Made by a program: the position numbers and the translations under genes. A stretch of 64,000 nucleotides of DNA from the human T2T-CHM13v2.0 reference genome, Homo sapiens: the NCBI RefSeq assembly GCF_009914755.1, contig NC_060947.1, one strand, 5' to 3'. Shown one piece after another: positions 15,156 to 27,383 of the stretch. The notes below the pieces were generated by a model that saw only the letters and a program-made list of their open reading frames with translations, did no database searches and was not told the origin of the DNA. How positions within the stretch are numbered: the stretch's first letter is position 1; every line of letters begins with the position of its first letter.

Positions 15156-16131
15156 TTCCCCCTTCCCAGTCTATGAAACCAAGGTAAGATGGCCTCTCTC
15201 TCCCAACTCTCAAGTGAGATCAAAATGATATGGTTCACAGTAGCCATATCATATTTCTCTCTCTCAAAAATATGCAATGGCTCCCCATGACCAGAAGGTT
15301 TAAGTCTACATGCCTTAATCTTTTATTGAATACCTTTAGTTATTATGAACTCAACCTACCTTTTCAACCTCATTCCTTACTTCTAAACTTCCTTTACTTC
15401 ATACTTCTGCTGGAGGCAAACAAGAATACTTAATCCCATGTAAGTTTTGTTCGCATACAGGCTTTCCCCTGCAATGAATTGTCACTTTCCTCATCTTGAG
15501 CCCAATGCTTCCCTACTCTTTAATTATCCAGTCAGATGCTAATTTTCCCATAAGTCTTCCATGCCTCTCAAGCAGGAAGTGAACTTTTCTTCCTTAAAAC
15601 TTTTCTAACATTTTATTAGTACTTCTTCATGACAGTTTATGCTGGGTGCAAGCTTCCTGAGGGAAAGCTTAGATTTACAGTTAAAGTAACTGGAGTGTTT
15701 TACATACCATAGCAATCCATTAGATATTAGTTGAGTGAATAGGAAAATTAGCATGAAAACTAATGTTGCTGTCTCTTCTTTCTTGAAATGATGTGGACTC
15801 ATAATGACTACAGAAGTGTTCAAAGAAACCCACCATGCATTGGATGATGACTTGGACCCTGTGGGAGGCAATTTAAACTTTAAACTCTCTCAGTGTGAAA
15901 GGTCCTTGAGTTTAAGAGAAGTCAACATGCTTGTGGGTCTTTCAAGTTTAAATAACTTCCAACCCGGGTTCCAAAAGGATCTAGTGCAATGTGGAAAGCC
16001 ATTTCAATCTGACGTGTACTTAATGCCCCACTGCCAGCATCATGACCTGTTTCAATCCATCTACTGTGTTAGTAAGCATCACTATGAACTTTAGTCAAAA
16101 CAGAAGTAATACTCATTGCTTAACAAAGCCG

Positions 16132-16910
16132 GTTTTTAGTCAGCTAGCACTTACATAACAAAATACCATAGACTGGGTGGCTTAACCAACAGCCACTTAT
16201 TTCTCGCAGTTCTATAGGCTACAATTCCAAAATTAAGGTACCAGCAGGATCAGTTCCTGGTGACAGCCTTCTTCCTGGCTTGTAGACAGCCTCTGGTATA
16301 GTTTGGATATTCGTCCCTTCCCAAATCTTATGCTGAATTGTAAACTCCAGTGCTGGAAATGGGGCCTGGTGGCAGGTGTTTGGATCATGGGAGCGGATCC
16401 CTCACGGCTTAGTGCTGTCTTTGCGATAGTGAGTTCTCCTGAGAGAACTCACTTACAAATGTGTGCCACCTCCCCCTGCACTGTCTCACTCTCCTTGTCC
16501 CATTCTTCCATGTGATGTGACTGTTTCCCCTTTGCCTTCCATCATGATTGAAAGCTTCCTGAGACCTCCCCAGAAGCAGACGCCACCATGCTTCCTCTAC
16601 AGCTTGCAGAACTGTGAGCCAGTTAAATCAATTTTCATGTAAGTCACTCAGTTGCAGGTATTTCTTTATAACAGTGCAAGAACAGCCTAAGACAACCTCC
16701 TTCTTGCTGTGTCCTCCCAAGGCAGGGAGAAAGAGCCAGCAAGCTCTTTGTTGTGTCTTCTTATAAGGGCCCTAATCTCCTCAGAAGAGCCCTATCTTCA
16801 TGACCTCATCTAAATCAAATTATCTTCCAAAGTCTCCATTTCCAAATTCCATCACATTGGAGATTAGAGCTTCAATATAAGAATTTAGGGAGGACACAAT
16901 TCAGGCCATC
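16132..16910 (-). mobile_element. MLT1A-type LTR split by an MST LTR
   Basis: ataacaaaataccatagactgggtggctta up to 16293, resumes at 16695 and ends gaggacacaattcag. Confidence 0.82.
16294..16694 (+). mobile_element. MSTA/MSTB-type MaLR solo LTR
   Basis: tggtatagtttggatattcgtccc...gaacagcctaagaca. 5-bp TSD GCCTC/ACCTC. Confidence 0.88.
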
Positions 16911-17294
16911 CCAGCCTGGCATCATTTTTATATCTCTGTGGTAGCATAATATGTGTTCATTTGTAAAGAGACAGGTTTCTGACCAGGGAAGACTTTACTA
17001 AGAATACTCTCAGAAGATGTCAGAATAAGAATAATATATAAATGTGGTCATGGGAAGATACCATCCCTGAATTAATAATTGGAAACTCAACTTTCTCCTG
17101 GGGAAAGGAGACATTGTTTTTTAAATGTAAACGTTCTTCAAGACAAACACATGTAATATAATTTCCACAGTGTGAGGGCAAACAGGGAAGGCCATATACA
17201 TTCCATTTCAGGGGTGACGAAATAGATTCTTGGGGAGATTAAGTGGCTTAAGTCACATAGTTTATGAGCAGAAGATGCACGGCCAGAACCCATC

Positions 17295-17820
17295 TGTGCA
17301 GTAATATGCCCATCTGCTCTCAGATCTATTCCCCACATTTCTTCTGTACTTTCTGTATTAGAGGGATATACATTTCCCAACACCACTTGCCCTCCTAATT
17401 GTTCATTTGGAGGCAATGGCAGAATATTGGAAGGTGGGAGGAAGAGAAAAGCCAAGGTCTTTTTTCTTCTCCAACTACCTTGGGTGGCATTTCTAGAGCA
17501 GATGTATCTCTGCTGTGGCTTCTGTTTTCTCTGGATAGCTAGCTCCCTCTTCAACAATCCAATTTTCTGCCTGGCAGTCCTAACTTTAGTTTAATCTCTG
17601 TTAGAAAGCCCCAGCTTCTGAGCTCTGGTAATATCACTTTTTCTGTATTGTTTCTCCAGCTCTAGGGATATTAGCAGCTTCCTTACGTTACTAGTGCTTT
17701 GAGTTGCCTCTCCATCCCCTGCGCTGCGTCTCAGTTTTCTACTACCTGCTTAGCCAATTCCTTATATTACGTTTCCTCTCTTTAAATCACAGTGATTTTG
17801 TTTTTCTGACAAGACTCGCA
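17295..17820 (+). mobile_element. LTR33-like ERVL LTR
   Basis: ctcagatctattccccac...catttcccaacaccacttgcc...aattccttatattacgtttcctctctttaaa resembles LTR33. Confidence 0.65.
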
Positions 17821-18033
17821 CAAAACCTGGAAAATCCCTCATCAACATCCAATAAATATTTATTCAATACCTACTATGAGCTGACTTCTGCTTTATGCAT
17901 TATAGGTGTACAGATGACAAGAAATGATTTCTTCCCTCAAGGCGTTTACTGGAGATACAGGCATGCAAAAATAAAGTCATTACCATACAATTTGGCAAGT
18001 GTTTTAATAGAAGTGTTAAAAAGGCTGAGAAGT

Positions 18034-18394
<361 letters not shown>

Positions 18395-18552
18395 TTAGTA
18401 GCACGGTGGCAGGTAACATGGGAATGGGAAAAAGAAAGGTATCTAAAGAGAATCTTAGGCAGAGAAAACAGTAGGTACAAAGAAACAGAAGCTTAAGAAA
18501 GCACAGAGCATTTGGAGATCAAAGAGTGGTTAATTTAAGCTAAAGCATAGGG

Positions 18553-18801
18553 CAGTGCGGAACAAAGTTCAGACTTTAGCAGACAGTGAACTGTTTGCTA
18601 TTAGTCTGTAAGAAGAAAAGAGTTTTCACCAGAGTATAAATCAACTGAGTCACTGAACAAACGATTTGATCTTATTTTGCTTTTAATTGCCGAACTTTCT
18701 TGACAAAGGAAGGAGTACATTGATTTATATTCTGGCTCAAGCTTCTTATCTCAATTGTGGACTGGTACTAAAAAGTTTGCAGATTATTTGGAGTAGCACT
18801 G
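18553..18801. mobile_element. MER112-like hAT-Charlie fossil
   Basis: cagtgc...gcactg termini. Internal quasi-inverted ccagagtataaatcaa / ttgatttatattctgg. Confidence 0.6.
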
Positions 18802-19133
18802 GTATTTTTTTTAAAAAAGGAGCAGAGGAGAAGGGAGTGAAGCTGGAGAGGTAGGCAGCTAAAGATCACAAAAGAATTTCTACGCCATGCATTTCAAGAT
18901 TTATGGGCAGGGGAATAATCTAATTAAAACTGCATTTTAAGATATCCCTCGGGAGGCTGTAAAAAGCATGGATAAGAGAGGTGAGATCAGAGGCAGAGAA
19001 ATCAGTTAAAAATTTCATACAGAAAAATTTCAGTTTTAACTAGAGTGAAGGCAGCAAGGATGTAGAAAAAAATAACAAACTAAAGAGAATTTAACAGGTA
19101 CATTTGGAGGGATTTAGTGATGTGGCAGATATC

Positions 19134-19235
19134 AAGACCACTGTGAATGGCTGCACAGGTTGCTCACTGCACAAGTTCAGGATGTACCATTCTTAGAGAC
19201 TATGATGTGAATGACCCTCTCTAGAGTTATACGAT
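19134..19235. mobile_element. Degraded MER91B/C-like palindromic hAT element
   Basis: gcacaggttgctcactgcacaa...ccattcttagagactatgatgtgaatg...ctagagtt. Confidence 0.5.
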
Positions 19236-20206
19236 CTAAACTCCAAAACTATATTTTAGATTCCAGTCAGAAATCCAGGAATACATAGCCTATAAGCATT
19301 TGAATTATACAGGGATGAACATCAGGAGAGAGGGAGAGGTAGAAATATCAATTTGTGAATCAAAAATATAGGTGATGATAAAGATTATAAATGATATTTC
19401 CCCAAAAAATAAAGCATCATAAGAAGAAAATAAAATCACAATTTGAGTCTTATGTAGACTGACATTAAAGGGCAGGAATAGAAGACAGGGAAGATATACT
19501 CTGAAAGAAAACAGGAGAGAACAATGTCCCAGAAACTGCAGGAGAGAAAAATTTCAAGAAGGGACTAATCATTTCTGTCAAGCACAAGACAAAGGTCAAA
19601 AAGGGAAAAGAACTGAAGAGTGACCTTTGGAGCTGGCAATTAAGGAGCTCTCTGGCGACCTTGCTGAGAGCAGTTTCAGTGCTCGATGTAGAGTATGAGA
19701 GGGTAAAGGAAAGAATCAGGAGTCCGTAAGGGAATACAGATAGTTCAGGTCTTCTGATTAAAAACTGACTTTTATTTGCACTCAACTATGCTTCTCCTTT
19801 TAGATGAATAAGTATGAGTACCATTTTCTTCACTCAAAAAACGAACAAAATTATATGTAACAGCTCTGGGAATGTGATCCTGTCTTCTTTCGTGTTGATA
19901 TTCTTTTACGCCTTGCATTCTGGAAGAATACATTTTCACATAGCTACTGTAGCCAGACATCCAAAGATATAGTATCTCATAGGACCAGTTCTCAATATAG
20001 TGCATTTCTATTCACAGCTTGAATTGAGCATCTACTACACAGAAGACATCACACAGGTAACGAACAAGAAATGGATCCTGGCCCAGGGAAGCTTTAATTC
20101 TAGTGGATGAAACAAGCATATGGATAGATCATTTCATCATAAAGCAGTAAGGTGTCACAAGATGCAACAGTAGCATCCCTTAACCTGCCCAGGAATAGAT
20201 GGCCCC

Positions 20207-20641
20207 TGTCAGGCCTCTGAGCCCAAGCTAAGCCATCCTTTCCCCTATGACCTGCACCTTTACGTCCAGATGGCCTGAAGCAACTGAAGAATCACAAAAG
20301 AAGTGAAAATGCCCGGTTGCTGCCTTAACTGATGACATTCCACCATTGTGATTTGTTTTTGCCCCACCTTAACCGAGCGATTAACCTTGTGAAATTCCTT
20401 CTCCTGGCTCAAAACCTCCCCCACTGAGCACCTTGTGACCCCCGCCCCTGCCCACAAGAGAAAAATCCCCTTTGACTGTAATTTTCCACTACCCACCCAA
20501 ATCCTATAAAACGGCCCCACCCCTATCTCCCTTCCGTGACTCTCTTTTCAGACTCAGCCTGCCTGCACCCAGGTGAAATAGACAGCCTTGTTGCTCACAC
20601 AAAGCCTGTTTGGTGGTCTCTTCACACGGACATACGTGAAA
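20207..20641 (+). mobile_element. HERV-H solo LTR (LTR7 family, LTR7B-like)
   Basis: Starts tgtcaggcctctgagcccaagctaagccatc, ends ggtctcttcacacggacatacgtgaaa. Perfect 5-bp TSD GCCCC at 20202-20206 and 20642-20646. TATAAAA at 20505. Confidence 0.95.
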
Positions 20642-20714
20642 GCCCCTTTATGGGGGCTGTCATAAGGAAAGAGAATCAGGGGTCAGACTGTAAATGACAA
20701 GACACTCCAGTGAA

Positions 20715-21052
20715 CTGATTTCCAAAGTGTGGGCCCTAAATCAGTAGCAGCAGAATCACGTGGGACCTTGTTAGAAATTAAAATTCTTGGGCACCACTCC
20801 ACGCCTATTAGAATTAGAAACTCTGGTGACTCCGACGCATGCTGAAGCATGAGAACCACTGTTGTCATGCCAGTGCGAGGGTTCTCAAATTTTATGGTGT
20901 ATAAGTATCACCGAGAGTGCTTGTAAAATATTTTTGGGCCCACCAGCAGTGTTTCTGATTCAGCAGGTTTGGGAAGGGCCCTCCAAATCTGCATTTCAAA
21001 GAAGGTCCCAGGTGATGATACTGTTTCATGCACTGCAGTTTGAATATTACTG
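20715..21052. mobile_element. Two adjacent MER5A-type MITEs in opposite orientation
   Basis: 20715-20861 (gggaccttgttagaaatt...gagaaccactg) and 20880-21052 (ggttctcaaa...gtttctgattcagcaggtttggg...gtcccaggtgatg). Confidence 0.75.
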
Positions 21053-23291
21053 TTCTAAGTATTCTCTGATCCCATAGCATTCTCTAGAATTCACATTACT
21101 ATATTCTTCAAAACACTGCTATTGATTTATTCTTGATGCATAAGACAACATAATCTCAAGAACATTTAATAGATGGTTATCTTTTTGAGGATGTGAAGAT
21201 GGTATGCAAGATTTCTATTTCTTTTTTTTTTTTTTTTAACAAAAAATAGTGTCTAAAGCGAAATTTGAATTTATGACCAAGGTCATTTTCCTTTAATACA
21301 TAAAAAGTAACATGACATTGCAACTATAACACTAGAATGGATTTAGGAGAGTCAGCACCAGTCCTTATTTTGCAACTGAAAGCAAGTTATTTAACCTTTC
21401 TGGACCTCAATTAACCTGTAAACATGCATAAGTCTAGTCTCCTTAGGAAAAAAAGAAGCAAATCATCTAAAATGTTTTGTTTCTATGGGCTGTGCCAATA
21501 GGCAAAAGTGTCATTACTGAGTTTAACATCCCAGATATTTTAGGATCAATTTATCATATAGAACATTAAAAAAAAAAAGTTCACGGACACATTAATTATC
21601 TAATTAGGTCCTTCAAATAACTTGGTATATTTTGCCATACAACTTTCAGATTTTAGTTTAGAAACTGAAGTTATAATCAATATCTAAAACAAAAATGTTT
21701 TAGGCATGAGTCTCACAAAACTGCAGAGCGGTCTTATCTGTTATCTATTTTCTTTCCAGAGATGTGACACAATTTAACTTCATCTGGACAGCAGCCATAA
21801 AAAGAAAATCAAACAAACAAAAAACAGAAACAAACTGAAAAGTAGAATATATAATAATAATTCAGGTATGTAGATCAGTCAATTTATCCTCCTATGTAGT
21901 TAGGATGCAGGAAATAGCCGAGAAAGCAAGCTTACATTCTGTCTGCTTACCCTGGAGGGAAAAAACAGACCAGGTGAACTGAGGCATTTCAAAATGCCTC
22001 TACATTATCCTTGAGGACAAAGATATTCATTTATGAACGCTTTACTTGGGGGAAATTATCTTTATTAAGATGGCATTCACTTAAAAACAATTTGCCATTC
22101 ATTCTGCCTGGTTGCTACAAAAGTATAAATTAAAGCTTTTTTTAAAAATCCCTTAAAATAACTGCTACATGATTAGGAAGTAATCTCCTGGATAAATACC
22201 AATTAACTAGATAATAGATCTAGTTTTACCCTAGGCTGAGTTCCTTACTCTGATAATTACCTACGTGTACAATAATATCACTGAATTGCAGGAATAATTT
22301 GCTATTAGAAATAATTATCTTGTGACCCAAGATCATCAGACACTTTTGCAAATCTCAGTGTAAAGAGAAAAATTTATGCAATAAATACAACATATGTAGA
22401 AACTGTATAATTATTTAGGAATCGACTAAATGTACCTTAGATAGTTAAGAAACTATGTGGTAGAAAGCTGAATTTTAAATCCCTTAATTGTTTTGGGTAA
22501 ATAAGGATACCCTAATGGGTAAAATTGGAATTATTAAAGATCATCAGGATGGTCACGTTTATTATTAAGAACAATTCCAGGAAGAGCTAGGTAGAATTTT
22601 TAAATGATATTGAAATGTCAAATTTTAGTTACTGCAATTATTTGAATTATATACCATTCACTCTCTCAACAAACATTTATTGGTTACTTATTGTATCCAC
22701 GGTATTTGCTACAATGGAATCTAAGTAAAACATAAAGAAGTGTAATAATAGGCTTCCTTTGTTTTGACGGGCAATGAGAAATTTTATGTGAGTGGCATGA
22801 AGGCATACAACAAAACGAATGTAATGTAATTTACTGGCTGAAGTGGAATAATGATTATTGGGAAGGTAGACATAAAATTAGTGGAGAATGAGAATAATAC
22901 TGAATGCCATAGGAAGCACTTGGGTTTTATTTTGGAGGTATCTGGATTTATGGGAATTCGCATGTCTGGAGAGACATCAAAAAGCATCATTTTAGATATA
23001 TTCATTTTAGTAAATCAATTAGAAAGGAGGGCAGTTCTCTCCACAGTGAGGTATATGGCTCAGGTTATGGACTTGGCAATTCGAATGAACATGAAATGAC
23101 GGAAATGATGGCACTTGCCCAATAATACAATCTAATTATAATAAATAAGGAAAAGAAAGTAGAAGAAAAATTCACAGAACTAGAGATGTCAGGTGGTAAA
23201 TTCTGTTTTGAAGAGGAAAACAGGAAGGTAATTTTACATTTCTTAGGTTTGAGATAATGTTTATTATGGAATTTTTCCCTGTCGATAATAG

Positions 23292-23430
23292 ATGACTACC
23301 ATCTCCATCACTACCTCCACCACCATCATCATCATCTCTACTATCGTTACCTCTCCCACCATCACTTCTACTCCTCCTACCCACCACAATCTTCCTCCAT
23401 CTTCATCATCTCTATGGTCTCCACCACCAA
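23292..23430. repeat. Degenerate (CAT/CAC/CTC)n low-complexity tract
   Basis: accatctccatcactacctccaccaccatcatcatcatc... Explains the overlapping T/S/P-, G/D- and M/V-rich ORFs. Confidence 0.85.
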
Positions 23431-23604
23431 ATAAGAATCGAACCACTGCATTTATTGAATGTTTACCACCTTAAAGGCAATGTATTAAATGCTTATTTAA
23501 TCCTCATGACAGTTGTTTTATAAAGTGAGAATACTGGAATCTGAGGCACAGATAACAAGTAATTTGCCTGCGCTCATAAGCTAGTAATTAAAACAGGCAG
23601 GTTT

Positions 23605-23873
23605 CACAAATACCACAGGTTCTTACCTATAAGTGAGAGATAAACACTGAGTACACATGGACACAAAGAAGGGAATAATAGACACTGGGGCCTATTTGAG
23701 AGTGGAAGGTGGGAGGCAGGTGAGGATGGGAAAACTACCTATCAGATATTATGCTGATTACCTGAGAGACAAAATTATCTGTACACCAAACAGCCACAAC
23801 ACGCAATTTACCCATGTAACAAACCTACACGTTAACCCCTTGAACCTAAACTAAAAGTTGGGAAAAAAAAAAA
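23605..23873 (+). mobile_element. Short 5'-truncated L1 (older L1PA/PB 3'UTR with A tail) inserted in a minus-strand MIR
   Basis: caaataccacaggttcttacctataagtg...tttacccatgtaacaaacc...A tail. MIR sequence at 23450-23600 resumes at 23880. Confidence 0.85.
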
Positions 23874-24197
23874 GGGCAGCATTCAAACCTCAGTAATTCT
23901 GATTCCAAAAGCAATGATTTTTTCCATATTTGCTACTTCTCTAGACACACAGGCAATGAATTATAACTAAAATATGTGTGCAATGTATAAGTAGGTATGG
24001 TTAATTGGAAGGAACAAATGTTTGCATTTGATGAACATTGAGGCAGTTGCTGGATGCACAAGCGGAAATAGCTTTAGAGATATAAAGCTTTAATTTGAGG
24101 GAGAGTGTCACATCTGGAGCTACATGATTTGGGAGTCAGTCACTTAGAGCCAGGCTCGAATCAATGAGAGGAGATAATCCAGATAAAGAAGTCAAAA

Positions 24198-24490
24198 GGC
24201 CGGGCATGGTGGCTCATGCCTGTAATCCCAGCACTTTGGGAGGCTGAAGTGGGTGGATCACGAGGTCAGGAGCTCAAGACCAGCCTGGCCAAGATGGTGA
24301 AACCCTGTCTCTACTAAAAAATACAAAAAAAATTAGCCGGATGTGGTGGAGGGTGCCTGTAATTCCAGCTACTCGGGAGGTTGAGGCAGAGAATTGCTTG
24401 AAACCAGGAGGCGGAGGTTGCAGTAAGCTGAGATCCCGCCACTGCACTCCAGCCTGGGTGACAGAGCAAGACACTGTCTCAAAATAAAAG
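24198..24490 (+). mobile_element. AluS (Sg/Sx-like)
   Basis: Full dimer. TSD AAAGAAGTCA(A/G)AA. Confidence 0.96.
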
Positions 24491-25843
24491 AAGTCAGAAA
24501 GGCAAAGAGATGGATCTGTGTGATACTCCCATAGGAATAAGGCAGAAGGAATAAAACAAGTCAGGTAAAGAGTCGTGGGTGACAACTGGTAGTGTGTCAC
24601 AGAAGCTGGAAGAGGACATCATTTAAATAAAACACTATTCAACAGATGGTCAAGACCTCAATATTCAGTGAAATATTAGTGGGCTTCAGATGATACAAAA
24701 ACGGGGCACTAGCTAATATAAAGCTTATGGTTATATTTGCATGATGCCTCTTTAATCATTACAATACTTTAACAAGATTCCACCCTGTAGACAATTATCA
24801 ATTAATGAATTTGTTCCTAAATGTTTGCCTTTTTGCTATCTTCGTTCAGTCTAAATTTATCAATCAAGTGTCGTATATAGCGTGTTCAGATAATTTTGCC
24901 GTCCAAATCAGGACACACTTGAGAGTGAAAGTTGATGCTATATATAATTATGCTGGGACAACAGGTGTAACTGGGATGGCTTCAGGTAAATCAATAGGAT
25001 TACCTTAGTCATATATCTATGAAAAAGACATTTTACTATACAGCCCAGGTTTTGTAGCTACCTCAGTTCAAATCCTGTCTGAGGTACACTGTAGCTGTGT
25101 ATAATTTTATAAAGTAATTATAGCCATACCTATTTTGGGAGGTTACTGGGAAAAATACATGCGATGCCAATAAAGCACTGAATCTACTACTGAGCACATA
25201 ATAAATCCTCAATTTATGTTAGCTTTTATTTGAAGAATCTTTCTGTATGTGCCCAATGGGACTTCTCATTTAGGCACATACAAAAATTGCCGAAAACTTA
25301 TGATACAAACAAATTTTGGAGAGAAGGTATTTCACCACTAGCCACTCTTTCCTGAAAACAAAAAGAAGTCAGAACACACTTTTTTTTTTTTTCCAACACA
25401 ATCCATTCTCCAAACAGGAGCCAATAATAAGCTTTTGAAGACAGAGATTGACATGAATCAGCTTGCTCTGTTAATTTCTGTATTAGGCAAGTCCTGAAGA
25501 CATTAAAAGTGTTAGGCAACTAGGTGTCCCTATTACTCTGTTTGGAGAACTGTTGGAGGGTTGTTGGAATGTTGCAAAGTATCCATAAATCTGTATGTCC
25601 ACTAAGCGTTGTCTATAAACACATGTTTAATGTGACAACAAACAAGTTAATGTACATCTTACTAGGAATAATAAAAGAAATTCATCAAAAGCTTCACGGA
25701 TTTGTGCCATTATGCTTTTCACTCCATCAATTTTTGTTAGATTTTCTATTACCATCGTGAGTAGAGTGCTTGGAAGTTCCTGAAAGTTGTTGCCACAAAA
25801 AGAATGCTAATATTCATAGAGTTTGAGAGCCATTTGACTGGAG

Positions 25844-26177
25844 CAAGGGTCGCCAAACTTTTTCTGTGATAGGATAGGTAATAAATATTTTAGGCTTTGT
25901 GGACTATACAGTTTGTGTTACAACTATTCAAACTCTGCCGTTGTAATGCGAAAGTAATCATAAGTGATAAATAAATGAGTTTGGCTGTGTTCCACTAAAA
26001 CATTATTTATAACACTGAAATTTGAATTTTATGTAATTTTGACATGTCATAAAATATTATTTTTCTTTTGATTATTTTCAACCATTTGAAAACGTAAAAA
26101 CACTTCTTGGCTGATGAGCCATACCAAACTGGCAGCATGCTAAATTTGGTTAGCAGGTCTTAGTTTGGTGACCCCTG
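25844..26177. mobile_element. MER58B (hAT-Charlie) MITE
   Basis: TIRs caagggtcgccaaact / agtttggtgacccctg. 8-bp TSD GACTGGAG/GACTAGTG. Confidence 0.88.
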
Positions 26178-27207
26178 GACTAGTGGATTTGCTTAGCCAA
26201 GCTGACACAACCAGGGAGAAAAGGCCCAGTGATTTACTTTGGAATTATCAAAGTAGGTCATAAGTCATTAGTTAATAGAGAAGTACTAAACATCCCAAAT
26301 AATATATTTGAATAACTTCTCTAGATTTATTTTTTTTCTTAGAACATCTGACATGGTATTTTTAGATGTGTGTTCTTTTCAAACTTCTCTACCCTGGTAT
26401 ACACAAATTCTAATGTCAAGTGTTCCATGAGTTTCTAAACATATGCTGCTTAAAAACATACGGCAGATTTTAACGTTCTTTCTTAATCTTAGAATTACAA
26501 TAACTGGAATGAAAGGGAAATTGTACCTTTTAAAATAATTTTTATGCCAGCTTTGCACTCATAAAATTTTATTGCCATCATTTTAATATATCCACTGATT
26601 TACATAATACCTAACTTATCTAAAATGCATAATTCTGAATAGTCACAAAAAGATCAGTTAAAAATTCTAACACCTTCAAGATAAGACTTTATAAATATCA
26701 AAGAACAGGAAATGTGTTCTGTAATTACTCCTGATTTAGGATGCGCAGACTGAGACATCATGTTCTCGTAAACTACCAGGATGGATCCCATCTATTATAG
26801 GTGTACTTCTTCATGAAAATGCACTTTCCGTTACTGGAAAAAAAAGACATTTAATGCAAAACTAGGGACTCAACAAGCAGGCCCTTTATAAGGAAGAAAA
26901 AAAAAAAAGAAAGAAAGAAACTTTTAGGATTAAAATGCTACCACAGTAGTTTATCACCTATAGTTTCTATAGTTTCTTCTTTCACCCCAGAAAACACCAT
27001 TTCCATTAAGCATTTAGTTTCTGTTGCGATAGTGATTTCTTGTGAAAGTTTTAAAATGTACTTCATAATTTTTCTCACTACATTAACTGACATTACAGGT
27101 ACCCGAGGATTCTGGAAATATTGCTGAAGTGAAAACACCACCAACAAAACTGCTGTAAATGAGTTTTCTCCACTTCATTTGCAGATAAAAGCTTAAGATG
27201 CTCTCAC

Positions 27208-27383
27208 CTTTTCCTAATTTCAGAATCCACAGTAATCTGCCTCTTCTTTTGGGGAGGTGGTGGTGGAAGTTCCTCTTGAGCATGCTTTACCAGGATCTGT
27301 TCCCTTGTGGTCACCGTAGTTACTGTTTCCATTACAGTTGTCTGTGTTAGTGATGGCTGAGTGGTGGTGACAGCCTGTGAAAT
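27208..27383 (-). CDS. DMD: Dystrophin exon 17 (176 nt; hinge 2 with polyproline)
   Basis: Translates ISQAVTTTQPSLTQTTVMETVTTVTTREQILVKHAQEELPPPPPQKKRQITVDSEIRK(R). Acceptor CTCACAG, donor GTGAGA. Phase 0 to 2. This frame is missing from the ORF track. Confidence 0.99.

Noticed and set aside
19134-19235. Possible miRNA hairpin or CTCF palindrome in a MER91-like element
   Set aside because: The arms are too diverged and the GGGGGCGC core is lost; no miRNA can be supported from sequence alone.
23172-23474. Overlapping low-complexity ORFs
   Set aside because: Produced by the CAT/CAC-rich tract.
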